Shown piece after piece: positions 57,901 through 64,000 of a stretch of DNA of 64,000 nucleotides. The notes beneath the pieces were generated by a model that was given only the letters and a program-made list of their open reading frames with translations, was not told the DNA's origin and searched no databases. A program made the translations under genes and the position numbers. This DNA comes from Vicugna vicugna. Its lineage: Eukaryota. Where the stretch lies: positions 3,424,081 to 3,488,080 of the forward strand of contig MU058718.1 in assembly GCA_013265495.1 (NCBI GenBank), in the 5' to 3' direction. The first letter of the stretch is position 1, and each line of letters starts with the position of its first letter.

Positions 57901-60302
57901 TATTCTACCACACCCATAGAAATCTTTAGTGTGCTATACATGTTGGAATCAGTCAAGAACTTCTACCCTCCGAAGTGCAAAAATCAATCAATAATGTAAG
58001 ACAAGAATTTTCTTTAAATTATTCTTTTTCTTACAGTCAGCTCTCCTCCCAGCCCCGTGTTTCCCAGCTGCTCAGTTCTAATGTGATGTCTGCTAGTGAA
58101 GAAATAATATGAATGTGTAGTAAGCCAAAAAGGAGTACGCCACTAAAATATTCTTTTTTTGCCTCAAACCCAAGAGTCAGTAGATAATAAGTGTGGTCCC
58201 CAGCCAGCCTTTGCTTTGATTATTCTTGATTGCTTCATTCAAGCAGAGGACCTAATCCCAGAATCCAGCCAGCCCAGGTGGGAAGGGAAAGCAGTCCAGG
58301 TAAAGGCAACAAGAGAACAAAGGCCATTGACACAGTCAAGCGAAAGTGTGTCTTGACACATTTCTATTATAAACGCCATCCCCATCCCAGAATTACTGAT
58401 CTGCCCGGGGTCACCACCCTCACATTCAGTTGGCATTCTGTTTTCCATTGCTCTTTCCTGCTAGACTGCTTTCACTCAGCAAATCTCTTCAGCAGACAGG
58501 ATCACTGCTTGGGATGAAACATGATAAGAAATTTTAAGGAACTATTTGTCTTTCTCTAGTGACCTATACATTAAAAATTAATAATAATCATCTGGATATT
58601 AGCTGTGACCTGAAACATAGCTTTGTATCATGTATTCTTAAAAAAAAAAAAGCATTAACCTCATTCCTCTTTGTTGTGACTAATAGAATATGAATGGCTG
58701 AGAATCCTCCAGATCTCAGTAGTTGTACTTTGAAGGAGAGGTGAGGAAGCGGGATGGACATCCGTCCCTCATCCTGTGGGGATAACACAGAACACACACT
58801 TGGCTAGCTGTGTGTGTGCCCAGTGTTCATTGTGGGATTTGGTCAAAGATGGGTGTGGCACTGCTATTCCCAATACTGTCTTACTGTCTTGGGTTCATGT
58901 CTTTGAACATGTCAGAGGGACATGAGGAGAGTGAAGATTTGAAATCCATATCCTAGAAGAAAGTTTGGAAATAGTTTCTGTTTAGCCCTCAGAAAGAATG
59001 GTTTAAAGGGGACCCGTGACTGCTCTCAAATATTGAAGACCCAGTGATCTGCATGGCCCCAGAGAGTAATGCTGCAGTGGAGGAGCAGAGCTCCCAGACA
59101 GGTGTATCCAGACCAGTACAAGCAACACCTGTAAACTGGGGGGCCTGGCCGGAGGCCACGAGACCTTCAACCCAGGGGATTTCAAGGGGCAGCTTGATGG
59201 TGGCTGCTCAGATGTTATCAAGATAAGTGTCTTCTCTCTAAGACTCCTGCAACCTAAGGTAATATCACGTGGCATAGATGACCTACAGGCAGCTGATCCA
59301 ACATTTGCACCACATGCATGGGGAAGGGCTCAAAGGTTCTGGCTGGTGGAAAGTTCTCTAGAACTTCATTTGGACAGTTTTCATGATGAAGTAGTAAATT
59401 TTTTTTTAGGAGCTTCTTAGAGAAAATGGGATAAGAGTCCAGGTAGTAGGGTATGGGAGGCCATAGGTGGGAAAAACTCCGGGACAGAGATGGAATGATT
59501 GGATACCATGGATATTAAGTAAGCTTGCCTAAAGAGAGAGCGTGGTTCAAGAATGAGAAGGGTCAAGGAAAATTGGGTCATCAGTAAATAACAGCTCTAC
59601 ATAAAAGAATAGGAAAACCAACCATTTAACTTAACCATGTCAAGTTACTGGTCGCCTGTGTAACCATAGCTGCCCTCAGCCCCTACCCCGCACAAAGGTG
59701 CCGTCACCAACTCTAAGTTCTACCCTGTGATGAGACTAGAAAAGGTGAGTACCATGGGACTAGATATGCTCCCCGAGTCTGGATTCAGTACACATGTCTT
59801 CACTGGTTTTCAGATGATTACTCAAGGGTATGGTATACTCTGAAATTCATTTTACTGTAAGAGTCCTTTCCCTTCATTTTCAGGGCAACCAGAATTTTCA
59901 GTATAATGACTTGATTGTTGTCACCTGGTGAAAAATACCTCTCCAAGCAAATTCTTGTTAATAAAAATCTTTTACTGACATAAATAGAATTGTAAATGCT
60001 GTCTCTCCCTAAAAGAAGCCCATGCCAGTTTGTGGTGCTGTGCTAGTTATTGTCTTTCAAATTTTTCTGTTACACTGAAAAACCAATTCCCCCTAGAGAT
60101 AATTAGAAATCATTTCCGATTTACCATTTCTGGACAAAGAAATGACCACACATGTCAAGTTACCCAAACCATATGAAATTTAGGTAGAAGAAAACTCAGA
60201 TGAATGCATTACTATTGGGAACACCATGCCTTAACTCCATAAATAGCAATTCCTTTTCTCTGAAAATCTGGTTTATACTTTTCCGTTTAAAAAAAAAGAG
60301 TG

Positions 60303-60324
60303 CACACACACACACACACACACA
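60303..60324. repeat. (CA)11 microsatellite
   Basis: Direct reading. Confidence 0.95.
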
Positions 60325-61624
60325 TTTCCCCCAAGGGTAAGTCTAAAGCCTGAAAAGCTAATTAATTTTAATGTTATAAGTTCAGAAATGAAAATGGAGC
60401 TGGGTTGGCAGTAATAAATTGAAACCCACCTATACCCTTGCTCTGAGCTCTCAAGTAGAATCCTATTCTGCACACACACGCTCCGTTGAACATGCACAGA
60501 ATAGCATTTTCATAGGATGAGGGTGTGTTCAACACAGAGGAGCATGCTAACAGACTCAAGCCAGAAAAATATCCCACGAACGTGCTCTGGCCACGAAAAC
60601 AAAATGATGTTTTCAATGAGAAGGAATTTCCTCGATGGTTTTCGACACAGAGTGCTGCCATCATGCCACCTATATTTCCTAAATTATTACTATCACACTG
60701 AGTTCTAAGAAAGCCCTAACTGGTAAAACATCTCTCTGACCAGATCACCCTACTGCATACAACCAACTACTCTTTCATAAATGAGAAAGGAGCAATTTTA
60801 GTAATTTAGAGAAACTACTCCTAAATTGCTCTAAAGTCTAAAACCAGATCAAGTAATTGATACATTCTCACTGTGGTATAATAGTGATCTTTGTGCCAGA
60901 CCTAACTATCTGAAAATAAAGACATTTTTTGCCACTAATGCACCTCACCACTGCCCATGGTCTGTTTACTGTTAGAGACCCAGAGGTGGTCAGGGATATC
61001 CCTAGAGTCTGATCTTAATTCAGAGACAAAGGTAAGGCTCTTTCCCAAGTACTTGTTCAGCCCTATCTTCCTCTCCTATTTAAAAAGCAAGTCTTAAGCA
61101 TGTTGGTATAGAAAAAGCACCTCGTCCATTTAGAAATGGAAAATATATATATATATATATTAAAAGAGAAAAGGGAAAATATGGAACAGCAAAGAATTGG
61201 TCAAAATCATCATTTCTTACATAGAAACCTTGTAAGAGGCCATTGGACAAGTAGTAACATCCAAGGGGGCTGAAGAGGGTAGCGTGTTCATCGCCTCTTG
61301 GTCATCAGTGGACCTCTAAGGTTTCTAAATTCAACTCCGAAACTATATAATTAAAAGGAAACCTTCCAATACTTTCTCTACTACTAAAAACTGGGAGGAA
61401 ATGAAAACAATTGTCTGAGATATTTGAAGTGTCCTCTGGTCTTGGTCTCTGACCTGCTGAGAATTCCCTCCCAGTCTCAAATCACACTGGTTTGGTCATG
61501 TCTGTGGCACCTGTGGGGTGGATGAGGCTTTGTGAAAAAAGCATTCGTAAGGCAGGTCTTGGGGAACCGCGCACGGGCAGGTAGCAGATTTCTGATCTCT
61601 AGTTTGCATTGATCTTACATTTAG

Positions 61625-61813
61625 ACACAGATTCAGAAGAACAGACACTCCCTTTTCCAGTGCCTTCGGAAAGATTGCCGCTCCGTAGAATGAGTCCTTT
61701 CTCCTCCACCCTTAATCTACAACCCAGCTTCCCGGGGAGATCCTACTTTGATTTCCGATCCTCACCCCACCAGCTGAGCTTGCATTCCTCTTTACAGTCT
61801 CTCAATGCACCGG
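61625..61813 (+). CDS. TRIM9: TRIM9 alternative cassette exon (189 nt, phase 1-1), Ser/Pro-rich linker between FN3 and SPRY: (D)TDSEEQTLPFPVPSERLPLRRMSPFSSTLNLQPSFPGRSYFDFRSSPHQLSLHSSLQSLNAP(G)
   Basis: Acceptor cttacatttAG, donor CCGG|GTgagc; length divisible by 3; ORF 61609..61845; matches the recalled insert of long TRIM9 isoforms. Confidence 0.92.
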
Positions 61814-64000
61814 GTGAGCTGAGCTCGTCTGACCTTTCCTCTTGATCTCTGTGCCTTGAAGGCATCTCTGAAATACCTGTTTTGTTCTTGCCATTCATGT
61901 GCGTGGAGAGGCCAATGAGCTGTCTCTGTGTATGTGGCCTGCTTCTGGGATGAGGAGCATTTGGATGATGGAGCTTTGTGGCATTCTTGTTTGTCATGTG
62001 AGGACCAACCTCTATGGTTGGTGTATATGATGGTGTTGGAAAGTGTTGAGTGAAGTCGTTCTATTTGCACGAGCTGGTACCACCATGGGAAACCTGCTCT
62101 GTCATCACATGCATCGGCATAGCACGCACCAGTGCCGGCTGAGTGGAGGCTGTGGCCTTAGTTTGGAGATTTGCAACCCTGCTGTATCCAGGAAACCAGC
62201 TGTGTCTGGGAGACTGGATCAGTGCATCCAGCCTGGAGTGGTCTGATTAAACATAGACTCAAGAGATCTTTATTGAAAAAATAAAAGTGTAAAACTTGCC
62301 AACAGCAGAATGCATCATGCGTAGCAGGCAAACCGGAGAGTAGAAAGTGAAAGTATTTTCTGCAAAAGCCTCTGCTCCCTGGTCCAACAGTCGGTCTCAC
62401 GGCTGATTTTTTTCTAAGCAAAGAGGGGACCCACCACAGCTGAATCAGAAACCCTCAACTAGCTTAAGGCCCAAAGATGGGAGTCCCTGAAAAGTCTGGC
62501 CTCCTCAAAGTTACCCACAGCCAAGAGAGCCGTGGCAGGGCTTCAGGCTCATACCAGGGAAGCTAGACTAGTGTTTCCATGCGGTGAACTCGGTCTAGCC
62601 AATAGAATCTTAAAACATCTAACACGCAGACCTTTGTGATCTCTTCAGGACTATATTGTAATCAGGGATACACACGATGCACATTTCACATTTCCAAAGG
62701 TTTATTTTCTTTTTTATTTTATTCTTTTTGCTCATCCCACATCCTGGAATGAAGAAGGCCACAGCATGACAGTGCAAAAAGGATGCAGGGACTTCAAGCT
62801 CTCTTGAAAATGACATTTTTCTTTGTGCTTTTATGTTTCTTATTGTTTTTCTGTGCACTACTGGCTTTTAAACATGCTTTGTTATGGAATTCTTTGCACT
62901 TGTGTCTAATGTACTGAAATATTGTTATAGTCTTTGTAACGTATATTGTCTCAAGAATTAAATGAAATGTGGGTTTGGGGATATTTGATGGCTGTACTTG
63001 ACGCCATTGTTCTAGCTGTCTTGTTGAATCTTAAATGTACGATGGTGTGTTTAAAGTAGCGTAAAAAGATTTCAAAAACTTGTTTTGAAAAAGACTTGCA
63101 CAAGGCATGATTCATTTAAAAATTTTTAAAGCCCTATTCAAATTCTACAAATTGATTTCCAAAGCTAGCTATGAGATTCGGTTTTGAAACTCAATGTGTT
63201 CCGTACTCACTAAGCTCCAAGCTGTGAGTAGGAATTGAAGTGATGGTTGATAGAAACTAAATATCGGCCATGAGTTGGAGAAAATTATTCTTTTGAATAT
63301 GAAGTCATCCCAGAGAAATATAATGTAACCAAAAGTGAGGTCATAATCTTTACATTTTGTTTTTAATTCAATCAGTAGTCCTTTCTAAGTTGCTTTCTTA
63401 ATTCTTCTGAAATTCTTTTAATTCAGTGTAATATCCTTCATTTAGCACATAAGGGCTTTAGAGTGTTGAAAAAAATTAAATGATTCTTTCTAGAGGATAC
63501 CCTAGTGCTCATCAAAAATGTTTCCTAGATCAGTCACTGATACCACTTGAAATTGTAGTTCACACACCTTTGAACATCTTAAGACTAGACTGTTTCATCC
63601 ATCTGATGAAACTTCTCACGGGTTAGGTAGAGCATTCCCAAATGTTAAGGAAGGGGGAAGATGGTTGTGAGAGTTCCACAGGTGATTCCAACATATCCCT
63701 GAGGCCACTCCTCACCCACTGCCCCCACCTTCTTTGGTGAAAAGGACTGATGTAGTAAAGCACTCTAAGACGGAGACTAGGTCATTTTTGTTTTTACTAC
63801 GTTTAATTCATGTCATTATTAATAATTATCAGATGTATGTATTAACATACGGATTACATTACACATTTAGTTACATAATTATCATTTGACTTGGGCCCAA
63901 GTCACAACAAATGCCTTTTGGCATAATTAGAGTTAGAAGTACACAGCATAGTGATGCAGAATGGAGTGTTACCAAGATCCAGTGATTTCTCCATTTCAGT

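Noticed and set aside
60290..60342. Donor-like AGG|GTAAGT after the (CA)n repeat
   Set aside because: No credible upstream acceptor; the would-be exon is mostly microsatellite
49516..61624. Searched for the 11-aa mini-exon (AAGAHETKPMK) that I recall from mouse Trim9
   Set aside because: No matching AG..GT-bounded sequence found by eye; the LAGGHET reading at ~59146-59166 lacks splice sites and is probably chance

Overview
Mammalian genomic DNA. The SINE and young L1 3' ends look camelid (alpaca or camel); that assignment is from recall, not a database search. The whole window lies inside the neuronal E3 ubiquitin ligase gene TRIM9 on the + strand. It holds the 3' ~23 kb of the large first intron and seven coding exons with canonical AG/GT boundaries that splice into one open frame: coiled coil, COS box, FN3 domain and a 189-nt Ser/Pro-rich cassette exon. 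It also holds the intron-read-through end of the short SPRY-less isoform (...[19 protein letters not shown]) with a candidate 3' UTR and poly(A) site. The RING/B-box exon lies upstream of the window and the SPRY exons downstream. The rest is intronic, with L1, MIR, L2, MaLR/ERV solo LTRs, a MER63-like DNA transposon, tRNA-derived SINEs, microsatellites and one 48-N gap. I found no CRISPR array, RNA gene or second protein-coding gene, and cannot honestly claim a new biological system. The best leads are isoform-level: a candidate spliced terminal exon (GGCSF*), in-frame tandem acceptors, and candidate micro, poison or decayed exons. Retrotransposon leads are an L1 3' transduction, a three-level nested insertion, and inverted L1 ends flanking exons 2-3. 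Exon numbers follow the human gene by inference, and repeat subfamily names are approximate.
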